A DNA stretch of 64,000 bases from a bacterium (GTDB lineage: Bacteria; Electryoneota; Electryoneia; Electryoneales; Electryoneaceae). The number at the start of each line of letters is the position of its first letter. Positions within the stretch are counted from its first letter, which is position 1. The notes under the pieces are model-generated. The model had not been told where the DNA came from, did no database searches, and saw only the letters and a list, made by a program, of their open reading frames with translations. A program made the translations under genes and the position numbers. Below, in pieces: positions 1 through 8,727 of the stretch. The DNA is taken from positions 1,952,001 to 2,016,000 of the forward strand of contig CAXXKJ010000002.1 in assembly GCA_963675295.2 (NCBI GenBank), read 5' to 3'.

Positions 1-522
1 CATGTGCTGGGTCCAGCCATTCGGCATGTCATTTTCATACCAGACCAGTTCGGTATAATCATAGCGAACAGCCACCAGGTCGGCGTCGCCATCTCCGTCG
101 ATGTCTGCCATGTCGATGTAGATGCACGGGAATTGCGAGTCAATCTGCTGGGTGGTATAGGTACCGCCGCCATCATTCCGCCACCAGCGCAGGCCCGAGC
201 TGGCACCCGACGCGGCTCCGACAATATCCAGATCACCATCCTGATCGAGATCGAGGATCTCGGTCATTTGCGCGGAGGTGAAGCTTGGATCGAGGGTGGT
301 AGACGCCCACGTATCCGGTGCAGTCCGGGACCAGATCAGGACGTCGTGCGTCGTCCAGTCGCTGGATACGACTTCGCAGAAGCCATCCGCGTTGAGGTCG
401 GCGGCATTGGCGTGACGGATCAGCGTTGAATTCTGCACCATGTGCGGGGCAAACGTGACTTGCGCGGTCGCACTCAGGGCTAGACAACAAATCAGGATAA
501 CAGCGATAAATGCGTGTTTCAT
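1..522 (-). CDS. Secreted FG-GAP/VCBS-repeat beta-propeller protein, N-terminal part (runs off the window edge; absent from the ORF track)
   Basis: Manual translation from ATG 522 (GGGGAGAG immediately upstream): signal peptide MKHAFIAVILICCLALSATAQ, repeats ADLNADG, DLDQDGDLDIV...WWRN and ADIDGDGDADLV...WYEN; frame open to position 1. Confidence 0.85.
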   Translation of the reverse strand, partial: MKHAFIAVILICCLALSATAQVTFAPHMVQNSTLIRHANAADLNADGFCEVVSSDWTTHDVLIWSRTAPDTWASTTLDPSFTSAQMTEILDLDQDGDLDIVGAASGASSGLRWWRNDGGGTYTTQQIDSQFPCIYIDMADIDGDGDADLVAVRYDYTELVWYENDMPNGWTQHM

Positions 523-713
523 CTCTCCCCCGGGGAACGTGTGTTCGCTATGTTCGTAGCTGATGTTGCTGAGAAAGAAACACGATGGAGTTACGGAAGA
601 ATGTGACTGGTGCCACATACGCTCTTGATTTTCGAATCGCTGTGAACCCGGTCACAGTGAACCGGCAGCAAAATGATCAGGTACCCACTCCTCAGTGACG
701 CTAGAAACAAGAA

Positions 714-2801
714 CTACCGTCCGCCCGCGCTGGCCAACGCACCCTTCACCCGCCACTGCTGCTCGCCGTCTGTGGAACGGATGTCAATGACATAGGCATA
801 CAGGCCAAGCGGCAGGAAATTGCCGTTGCTCAGGCCGCTGCGACCGTCCCAGGTCCACGAACCGGTGCCGGGCAGGTCCACGTCACGCGCGATGGTGCCG
901 AGCGGACGTCCGCCGGAATCGAACAGCCGCACGGTGATAACGATCCGCTCAGCCGGGTAGTCGAAGTGGAACTCGGTGATGTCTTCGTAGCCGTCGCCGT
1001 CCGGGCTGAACGGATTCGGGGTAACCTCGACGACGCTGCGCTGCGTTTCGGTCATGGATGGATCATACGTTTCGGTGATGTCAACCAGGGTTGAGAGCTG
1101 GTTGTTGCCCGGGTTGGCATCTTCATCCGCGAGTTCGGCGGTGATCGTCAATTCGCCAGGTTCAGACAGCGGCGACGGGTCCAGGGATGCGGTCCACGTT
1201 GTTCTGCTCGTCGGTTCCGGCGCGATGGAGGTGATGGTCCCAAGCGGTACGGTCAGGCCGTGCAGGGTCGCAGTCACGTTCCACGCCACGCCATCCTCCA
1301 CGAACCACCCCTCCAGTCCGGCCTCAACGGTGACATGCAGCGTGTCATCCGCGACAGTTCCGGCGTTTCCTGCTTCGAGCTCGCAGTGGATCGAATACAG
1401 TGCTACGTCACGGTCCGGGTAGACAGCCCAGTTGTCCCGGCCGGGTGTCGCGAACGGTTCGTAGTGTGTCGGTTGCCATGCGGTTTCCGCGTCAACTCCG
1501 TCGTACCAGTGCATGCTGACGCCGGGGTTCCCGTTGCTAACACCGACGGAGAGGTACTCGCGACTGTCCGGCGAAAGGATGGTCAGCACTTCGCCATAGT
1601 TGTTGAGTTGCGGCCAGTCATCTGGGATAAAGACCTGGTTTCCACGTATCCCGTCCCAATAATTGACAGATATGTTTTCCGCGAGGACGTACAACGAGTC
1701 AGGCTGCAACAGGAAGTCGCCCTGGGGAAACAGTGCGACCACTCCGGCGGCATCCATCACACCCCAGCCGCTTGGATTGAACGGTTCGTCATGGGTAACC
1801 CGCAGCTCAATCCATTCCGCCCCAGAGGGTGTATTGGGTGGATTCAGCATTACCTCGCTGAAGGCGAACCAATCGTCGCTGAGGTCGAGTCGCCCGCGCA
1901 GCTCGACTTCGCCGAACGTGGTGTCGTTGGCCGGGATATCGTCCGGTGGACTGAGCGCCGCCTGCACGCTGTAGTCCCCGGTCGGGACCCGGGCGGAGAA
2001 GGTGACCGGCAGCTGCGTCAGAAATTCGGGGTACGTCGGATTGACCGGCAGGGTGCGTAACGTGCTGTCGAAAGCGGAAACCCCGGACCGCAGGCTGAAG
2101 ATGATTTGCCGTTCCGCTGAGATAGCACTGCCTTCGTTGCGGATCATCCACTCAGTGAATATGGTGTTCCGGTCCTCATTTTCGTTATAAGTCACTTCTG
2201 CCATGGAGAATTCGATGGACAGGTCATTGGGGGGAGGGGTTACCGAGTTCAGATAACCCGGCGTGCCACCAGGATCGGAGAAGGCCCAGTTGTCATTGTA
2301 CTCGTTTCCTGCCGGGCGGATGCGTTCCTCGCTGATCCCGTTTTCAGCGTCCGGCAGATAGGTACGCCGGGAGACCATTTCTCCGTCTTCGTTCAACAGC
2401 TCGAGCGCCATGGAGTTACTGTTTGTCAATCCCGTGAATCCGAAGTAGTTGTCATCAATGGTAAGCAGCAGCACATCGGGTGGAATCTGATCGTCGTACA
2501 GGGTGGAATCATGGGCCCAGTAGCCCGGGTCGATGATGACCGCGTACCCACCGGCGGCGATGGTCATCTCATTGTTTCCGGGTTCGGGCAACAGGTAGTC
2601 CTTGTCGTGGAAATCACCGATGCGCCACTCGTACAGGAAGACGGCTTCATCGCCGAGGTTGTACAGCTCGATGTATTCGGTGTGGTAGTCATCACCGTCG
2701 GGGTTGTACATGATCTCGTTGATGATGACTTGCGCGAACGTAGACGGAGCGAGGATGAGGATTGCCAGCACAAGCAGCGGCCAGAACCTGTGGTTTTTCA
2801 T
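714..2801 (-). CDS. Secreted lamin-tail-domain protein with CARDB-like domains and a C-terminal CHU_C/FlgD-Ig-like sorting domain
   Basis: Signal peptide; two LTD motifs (INEIMYNP...EYIELYN and FSEVMLNP...EWIEL); DxNPxNN strands; C-terminal PNPFSPDGDGYED...WDG...GLY. Confidence 0.8.
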   Translation of the reverse strand: MKNHRFWPLLVLAILILAPSTFAQVIINEIMYNPDGDDYHTEYIELYNLGDEAVFLYEWRIGDFHDKDYLLPEPGNNEMTIAAGGYAVIIDPGYWAHDSTLYDDQIPPDVLLLTIDDNYFGFTGLTNSNSMALELLNEDGEMVSRRTYLPDAENGISEERIRPAGNEYNDNWAFSDPGGTPGYLNSVTPPPNDLSIEFSMAEVTYNENEDRNTIFTEWMIRNEGSAISAERQIIFSLRSGVSAFDSTLRTLPVNPTYPEFLTQLPVTFSARVPTGDYSVQAALSPPDDIPANDTTFGEVELRGRLDLSDDWFAFSEVMLNPPNTPSGAEWIELRVTHDEPFNPSGWGVMDAAGVVALFPQGDFLLQPDSLYVLAENISVNYWDGIRGNQVFIPDDWPQLNNYGEVLTILSPDSREYLSVGVSNGNPGVSMHWYDGVDAETAWQPTHYEPFATPGRDNWAVYPDRDVALYSIHCELEAGNAGTVADDTLHVTVEAGLEGWFVEDGVAWNVTATLHGLTVPLGTITSIAPEPTSRTTWTASLDPSPLSEPGELTITAELADEDANPGNNQLSTLVDITETYDPSMTETQRSVVEVTPNPFSPDGDGYEDITEFHFDYPAERIVITVRLFDSGGRPLGTIARDVDLPGTGSWTWDGRSGLSNGNFLPLGLYAYVIDIRSTDGEQQWRVKGALASAGGR

Positions 2802-2826
2802 TCGGGCACCTTCATCCGGACTTTAT

Positions 2827-3891
2827 TTACCCCAATACCAGTTCAACGAAACGGTTCATCAGCGCCGGGAAATCCAGTCCGATCTGTTTTGCGGACATCG
2901 GCACCAGCGAGAGGTCGGTCATGCCGGGAATGGTGTTCACCTCGAGGAAGATCAGCCGATTGTCCTCGGTGAGACGGAAGTCGACCCGGGCGACATGCCG
3001 GCAGTCCAGCTCCTCGCAAATCTGGACTGCGAGTTTCGCGGCCTCGACCTGCACCGGATCAGGCACCGGCGCGGGGCAGAGGTAGTCGGTTTTGCCCTTG
3101 GTGTACTTGTTCGTGTAGTCGTAATACCCTTCCCGTGGCCGGATTTCGACCATCGGCGTCGCCTCGCCGCCAATGACGGGCACAGTGACCTCGCGTCCCG
3201 GGACGAATTCTTCCAGGTACGGCAGGTCAGGCATATCGAGAATCAGGTGCGTGCCGTTGTGTAGTGCCTGTTCGTTTGAGCTGATGGTGATCCCGACGGT
3301 CGAGCCGCCGGTATTGGGCTTCAGCACGACGGGGTGCGGGTGGATGCTGGAGAACCGGCCCCAGTCGCTGTCAAGTGTCGCGGCGACGGCGGTGCGTACC
3401 GCTTCCTCGATGGAATCTGTGTTCCCCCGGATTGGACGCAACAGCCTTCCCCGGGCGACCGGCATCTCAATCAACTCCGCGATCTGGTGCGACCGCCATT
3501 TGTCCAACGCCAACGCGGAAGCACGGCTGTCGCTGCCGAGGTACGGTTTCCCGACCAGCTCCAGCACCGATTGGATCTGGCCGCCCTCGCCCCATGTACC
3601 ATGAAGCAAAGGAAACACGGCGTCCCAGCGTGGGTCGCTGATCGTGTCGAACAACTGCAGCCAGCCCTCACGATTCAGTCGCGCGCGTTCGGATTCGCCG
3701 GGCGGGGTAACTCCGACCGGACCGTCCAGTAATGGCTGGTCGTGCGGTACGATCTGCCCGGGCGCCGCGGTGTCCAGTTTCCACGCCTCATGCCCGGAGT
3801 TGGCGAGGCCGCGCGCGACGGCATCACCGCCGGACAGGGATACGCGGCGTTCGGCGTTGTCGCCACCACAGATGACCAGGATTCGTGCCAT
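2827..3891 (-). CDS. ddl: D-alanine--D-alanine ligase
   Basis: GGxxxERxVS, LHGTWGEGG, KPxxGGSTVG, YYDYTNKY, RVDFR and EVNTIPGMT motifs. Confidence 0.95.
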   Translation of the reverse strand: MARILVICGGDNAERRVSLSGGDAVARGLANSGHEAWKLDTAAPGQIVPHDQPLLDGPVGVTPPGESERARLNREGWLQLFDTISDPRWDAVFPLLHGTWGEGGQIQSVLELVGKPYLGSDSRASALALDKWRSHQIAELIEMPVARGRLLRPIRGNTDSIEEAVRTAVAATLDSDWGRFSSIHPHPVVLKPNTGGSTVGITISSNEQALHNGTHLILDMPDLPYLEEFVPGREVTVPVIGGEATPMVEIRPREGYYDYTNKYTKGKTDYLCPAPVPDPVQVEAAKLAVQICEELDCRHVARVDFRLTEDNRLIFLEVNTIPGMTDLSLVPMSAKQIGLDFPALMNRFVELVLG

Positions 3892-3936
3892 GGGTTCTCT
3901 CGTTGATTCAGCTGGTTGTGGTCTACACCCGCCTGA

Positions 3937-6621
3937 TCATTTCTCGGTCACCTTGACCGTGATCAGGGTGAGATCGTCCTGTCCGGCGCGTTCATGGCCG
4001 GCGTAATCGCGGATCGTCTGCAACACCTTGGTCACCAGCAGGTGCGGGTCGAGGTGCTTGAATTCGTCCATCGTCTTGATCAGACGGTCGCGTCCGAACT
4101 CGACATCGGTCGCGTTCATCGCCTCGGTCAGCCCGTCGGAATAGGCGGCAAACAGGTCGCCCGGTTCGATCTTGACCTCGGTTTCGATGTAGTCGCCGTC
4201 TTCCATGATACCGAGCAGCATTCCACCCAGCTCGAGGCTGATGGGTTTGCCGTAGCGGATCAGGAAGGGGATGTCGTGCCCAGCGTTAACATAGGTCATC
4301 GTCCCCTTTTCCGGGTTGAACAGGGCGGCGAAGAAGGTGATGAACATCTCCGGCGTCGAGTTCTTGCAGACCTGCACGTTCAGCTGGCGTACCAGTTCAC
4401 GAAGCGGCAGGTTCTGCGTCGCGAGCAGGCTGAGGCTTGCCTGCAGGTTGCTCATCAGCACCGCGGCGCCGACCCCCTTGCCGGAGACGTCACCGAGCAC
4501 GACCAGCAGCCCGCGTTCACCGAGGTCGATGCAATCGTAATAATCGCCGCCCACCTCGAAAGCCGGGTCGCTGTGTGCGCCGACCTGCAGGGTTGGCCGT
4601 TGCGGCAGTTCGGTCGGTAGCAGGTGAATCTGGATGCGTCGGGCGATCTGAATTTCCCGTTCCAGCCGTTCCTTGACCGTGACCTCGGAGATCATTCGCC
4701 GCAGGTCGGAGGTCATCTGGTTGAAGCTGAGCGCGAGGTCGCTGAGTTCGTCGTTGCCGCGCACGGCGAGTTTGACGTCGAGGTCGCCCTTCCGCAGGCG
4801 TTCCGTCCCCTGCCGCAGTTCCTTGACGGAGCGCATCACGGTCCGCGTGATCCCGCCCGCGAGCAGGGAGGAAAACAGCATCGCCAGCGCGAAAAGAGAG
4901 AGCAGGACAATCAGGCCGATCGCCGTGAAGCGGTTCAGCCCTTCCCACGCGTACAAGTTGGAAAAGAGCCCGGCGAGTGTGGTGTGGACATACACCTGCC
5001 CGAGCATCGTAGCTGAATTCCCAAGCCCAGGCCACGATTCCAGCTCGCACCAGCCATGAATAATCGGCCGATGCCAGATATCGGCGGTACTGCGATGGCG
5101 GGTGCTGATCTCGATGTCGGTCTGGCCCTCGAACGTTTCGCCCGAGATACGGTTGCTCAGTCCGCTCTCGTCCCGGCCGACATGAATGATGCCAAGCGGG
5201 TTGAGGGTGACGTCCGAGTGAACCATTTCCTTGTAGGGTTCGAGCACGGCAGCGTTCAACGGTTCCATCGCCACCTGAAGTACGACCGGATCATCTGGTG
5301 AGACAACGGCGGCGGCATAGGCAGCACGATCCGGCGCGATCGGCAGGATGCCATGGCTCGCGGTGTTGGCGAAGGTCCAGCCGGGGAACGGGGTTAACGT
5401 GTCCGGCAGCGCCCATTGCCCGAGGGTATCGTCCTGCTTGACCCAAAGTTCCAGCAGTCCCGTCTCGCCCATTTTCGTGTCAAGCTCGGCGTACTGGTCC
5501 CAGGGTTCGGATGAGGTCGCACCATAATCCTCAGGATTTGGCCATTCACGGCCGGGTTCGGTGCTGCCGAACGGGCTTGGTGGAGGCGGAATGTCCTGCT
5601 GATCCTGGGCGGAGGGGAAGACACGCCGGTAGGTTGCGACGGCAATGCTGTCCTCTTCCGCGTAGCCACGCAATTGATCCATCGCCAGCGCGGTTTCCAG
5701 TGAGCGCATGTCATTGTGGATCATGTCGCGCACAATTTTCGCGCGGGAGGATCCAATCCCGACATAAACGCCGACAAAGATGACGAGAATCAGCATCATC
5801 CCCGGGATGATGGTGCTGAAGACGTAGGTCGATCCAAACTTGAGCCAGATCGGGAGCCGAATGCCGAACATCCCCTGGAACAGGGAAACGGTCAACTTGA
5901 GCGGAACCGCCAGCCAGGTGAAGGCGATGATGTTGGAAATCAGCTCGAAGAAATTGCTGCCGAGCATCGCTTCCGCGGCCCCTGCGGAGGATACCGAGAT
6001 GTTCAGGCCTTCAGTTTCGTTCCCGCTGATGCCGCCGAGGTAGACCACAAATCCGACCGGCGCGAGGATGAACAAGCCGAAGATGACCCAGCCGGATCGG
6101 CGTGACAGGCTTTCAACCCAGTTCCACGGTTGAATGAACAGGGCGAAGATGATCGCGAAGATGGTGAGCACCGCAGCCGGAGCATTTGCCCCGATGACGA
6201 TCAGCGACAGGGTGGAAAACACCAGGATTGCACGTCGCCGTTTGCCCCAGTTTCGCATGCCGCCCATCCGGATCAGGCTCCAGATCGACCACGCCAGCGT
6301 AAACGCGAACGGGATGCGCAGCAGCAACAACCAGCTTTCATCAACCGGCTGAATGGTCTGGAACGCAATCAGGAGCAGGACACCACTGAGCAGCAGGGAA
6401 AAGAGCAGGTGCAGCAGGATGCCCACTTCGAAGCGGTAGATCTCGCGCTTGACGGTTCGTGCCGGACGGAGTCGTCCGATAACCGCCATCGCCGTGCCGA
6501 AGAGGGAAATGTCATACAGCAGACGGGCGAAAGGTAGCCTGTATCCGCCCTGAAAAAACGCGAGGGCAAGAATAGCGCCGGCCAGGGCAATCAGAAATGT
6601 GAAAATCTGCCGGCGGTTCAT
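3937..6621 (-). CDS. Multi-TM membrane protein with extracytoplasmic domain, HAMP and SpoIIE/PP2C phosphatase domain
   Basis: About 10 hydrophobic segments; HAMP (DELSDLALSFNQM); VGGDYYD, GDVSGKG, NAGH, YSDGLTE and DDLT motifs. Confidence 0.9.
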   Translation of the reverse strand: MNRRQIFTFLIALAGAILALAFFQGGYRLPFARLLYDISLFGTAMAVIGRLRPARTVKREIYRFEVGILLHLLFSLLLSGVLLLIAFQTIQPVDESWLLLLRIPFAFTLAWSIWSLIRMGGMRNWGKRRRAILVFSTLSLIVIGANAPAAVLTIFAIIFALFIQPWNWVESLSRRSGWVIFGLFILAPVGFVVYLGGISGNETEGLNISVSSAGAAEAMLGSNFFELISNIIAFTWLAVPLKLTVSLFQGMFGIRLPIWLKFGSTYVFSTIIPGMMLILVIFVGVYVGIGSSRAKIVRDMIHNDMRSLETALAMDQLRGYAEEDSIAVATYRRVFPSAQDQQDIPPPPSPFGSTEPGREWPNPEDYGATSSEPWDQYAELDTKMGETGLLELWVKQDDTLGQWALPDTLTPFPGWTFANTASHGILPIAPDRAAYAAAVVSPDDPVVLQVAMEPLNAAVLEPYKEMVHSDVTLNPLGIIHVGRDESGLSNRISGETFEGQTDIEISTRHRSTADIWHRPIIHGWCELESWPGLGNSATMLGQVYVHTTLAGLFSNLYAWEGLNRFTAIGLIVLLSLFALAMLFSSLLAGGITRTVMRSVKELRQGTERLRKGDLDVKLAVRGNDELSDLALSFNQMTSDLRRMISEVTVKERLEREIQIARRIQIHLLPTELPQRPTLQVGAHSDPAFEVGGDYYDCIDLGERGLLVVLGDVSGKGVGAAVLMSNLQASLSLLATQNLPLRELVRQLNVQVCKNSTPEMFITFFAALFNPEKGTMTYVNAGHDIPFLIRYGKPISLELGGMLLGIMEDGDYIETEVKIEPGDLFAAYSDGLTEAMNATDVEFGRDRLIKTMDEFKHLDPHLLVTKVLQTIRDYAGHERAGQDDLTLITVKVTEK

Positions 6622-6678
6622 ACGGGGCTCATCCTTGTACGAGGACGGGACGCTGTCTCGAACGTGTCACTGGTAGAG

Positions 6679-7155
6679 TCAGCGATCACCATCGAGGTTC
6701 ACCAGCAGCACGACTCGGGCTTCGACAGACTCGCCACGTCCGGCGGGTCCGATGCCTTCCGGTGAACGTTCCTTGATCGAAATCTGCATCGGGTCGCAGT
6801 TGAGCGCATTCGCGATGTTTGTGCGCATCTTGTCGACGTACCGGGTTACCCGTGGCCGCCGAATCAACAGCGTGCTGTCCAGGTTGATCAGCGTCGAACG
6901 CATCTTGGTTGCGCGTTCGCTCACGCGTTCCAGTGCCTCGATGGCAGACAATTCATCTTCGGGTCCAACCGGAGCCGGACCGGGATCACAATAGGCGCAG
7001 GCGCCCAGGTACGCATCGATAATCGCCCTGACGAGCACATCTCCCTGGCCGGGACCGTCCAGCCCGCGATCCGAGGGAATTTCCACACCGCCAAGAACCA
7101 GTGGCCGGTCATCGGTGAACCGAAGCATGTCGACACCATACCCGACTCGTTGCAT
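6679..7155 (-). CDS. ispF: IspF (MEcPP synthase) homologue with a degenerate active site
   Basis: Colinear with IspF (RVGYGVD, LGGVEIP, GDVLxxAIIDAxLGA, GRGE), but the His Zn ligands and the HSD, FPD and KATT motifs are replaced. Confidence 0.8.
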   Translation of the reverse strand: MQRVGYGVDMLRFTDDRPLVLGGVEIPSDRGLDGPGQGDVLVRAIIDAYLGACAYCDPGPAPVGPEDELSAIEALERVSERATKMRSTLINLDSTLLIRRPRVTRYVDKMRTNIANALNCDPMQISIKERSPEGIGPAGRGESVEARVVLLVNLDGDR

Positions 7156-7197
7156 GTCCTTTCTCCCTGCATACTTGCTGGTTGAACGTATCTGGTT

Positions 7198-7668
7198 TTA
7201 CCGGCGCAGACCCGCGATCAGCCGTTTCGGCTTGAGCAGCAGGTCCAATGCGTCGAGGGGGGAATTAACCGCAATGTCAGCTGCGCGCATCGTTTGCCCG
7301 AACAGACCCTCAGGTCCGAGCACCGCGATGCCGAGCGAACAACTGCCAAGCGCTTTTTCGTCGTTGGCACCATTGCCGATGTACGCGGTGCTGATGGTGC
7401 CGAAATCGTCCACGGCGAAGCGCTTCGACATCGCTTCCGATCCCGGATCAATCGTGCGCACTTCGACCGGCAGATCGGCGAGCTGCTCGGCAACGGTACC
7501 GAACGTATCCGCCGTCAGTACGATCAGCTTCGCCTGTTCGGACAAGGCGGTCAGCCGTTCCGCGACGCCGTCGATAAGTACGCCGTCCACCGCAAGCGTG
7601 CCGTTATAGTCAAGCAGCACGGCATCAATGTTAAGGTCGCGCCAACCGGGGATTTTGATCGTGATCAT
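7198..7668 (-). CDS. HAD-superfamily hydrolase (soluble P-type ATPase-like)
   Basis: DYNGTLA, LTADTFG and IGNGAND motifs; ATGA overlap with the upstream SDR. Confidence 0.85.
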   Translation of the reverse strand: MITIKIPGWRDLNIDAVLLDYNGTLAVDGVLIDGVAERLTALSEQAKLIVLTADTFGTVAEQLADLPVEVRTIDPGSEAMSKRFAVDDFGTISTAYIGNGANDEKALGSCSLGIAVLGPEGLFGQTMRAADIAVNSPLDALDLLLKPKRLIAGLRR

Positions 7669-8519
7669 GAGCCCGTCTCCGTCCTGATCCCGTACTTCTC
7701 CGAGAAGATGCGGTCGCCGATCCAGTCGGGCAGGTGCGCGCGCAGGAACGGCATCAGCAACGTAACCGGATGCACCGGGTAGCGTGCTTTCGGATTGGCG
7801 GCTTCGATCGCGCGGCGCATGACTTCTGCGACACTTGCCGGGCCCCAGTAGTGATGCTTTTTGAACGGCGGATCGGCAATAAACTGCCGGTAGAATTTGG
7901 CGTACGGCGAATCACTTTGTTGCAGCAACGGATCGGATTCACGCAGCGCAGTGGCGCCGAAATTGGTGCGGATCGGGCCGGGTTCGACGAGTATCACCTT
8001 GATCGACCACGGTGCGACTTCCATCCGCAACGCGTCGCTGAGCGACTCCAGCGCGTACTTGGTGGAAGCGTAGGCTCCGTTCAACGGAGGCGTCACCTTG
8101 CCGACAACAGAACTGACGTTGATGATGCGTCCTTCCTGTCGTTGCCGCATTTCCGGCAGCACCAGCTTCGCGAGCTCGATCGGGGCGAAGACGTTGATGT
8201 CGTAAATGTCCCGCATCATGTGCGGCGGTACATCCTCAATTGCGCCACGCAGGGCGTACCCGGCGTTGTTGATCAGCACGTCCACCGGTCCCAGATCCTG
8301 ACGGATATGGTGATAGATTCGTTCACGGGCCAGCGGATCGGCGACATCAAGCGGGTACGCTGTGATGTGATCGTCCTTGGCCTGCAGTGCTTTCAGGGCA
8401 TTCGCGTTCCGCGCGGAGGCGGCGACCTGATAGCCGTGACGCGCGAGATGGAGGGCGGTGGCCCATCCGATGCCGGATGATGCCCCGGTAATCCAGACCA
8501 GCCCCTTTGGCAGGGTCAT
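7665..8519 (-). CDS. Short-chain dehydrogenase/reductase
   Basis: TGASSGIG, NNAG and YASTK motifs; ATG 8519 chosen for its GGAGAG RBS. Confidence 0.9.
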   Translation of the reverse strand: MTLPKGLVWITGASSGIGWATALHLARHGYQVAASARNANALKALQAKDDHITAYPLDVADPLARERIYHHIRQDLGPVDVLINNAGYALRGAIEDVPPHMMRDIYDINVFAPIELAKLVLPEMRQRQEGRIINVSSVVGKVTPPLNGAYASTKYALESLSDALRMEVAPWSIKVILVEPGPIRTNFGATALRESDPLLQQSDSPYAKFYRQFIADPPFKKHHYWGPASVAEVMRRAIEAANPKARYPVHPVTLLMPFLRAHLPDWIGDRIFSEKYGIRTETGS

Positions 8520-8727
8520 ACCAACTCTCCGTTTTGGCGGACTTCGTAGCTCAGCGGGCACGTGGAGCGACACGAATTTGTGATGGTGGGACACAAAGCG
8601 TCAAAAGTAAAGATCGTTTTCCGTAAAACCTCCCTGCCCGCCGCCTGATTCTAAACTAGCGAGATTCAACCCCAAAGACAAGGCGAATAACGGCTTGTAG
8701 CGTACCTTGCATGGCTTCGAACGCGGT

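Noticed and set aside
4-429. Plus-strand 141-aa ORF
   Set aside because: It is the antisense shadow of the minus-strand FG-GAP gene starting at 522
8537-8600. tRNA-like start GCGGACTTCGTAGCTCAGCGG
   Set aside because: No anticodon arm, no GTTCRA T-loop and no acceptor-stem complement
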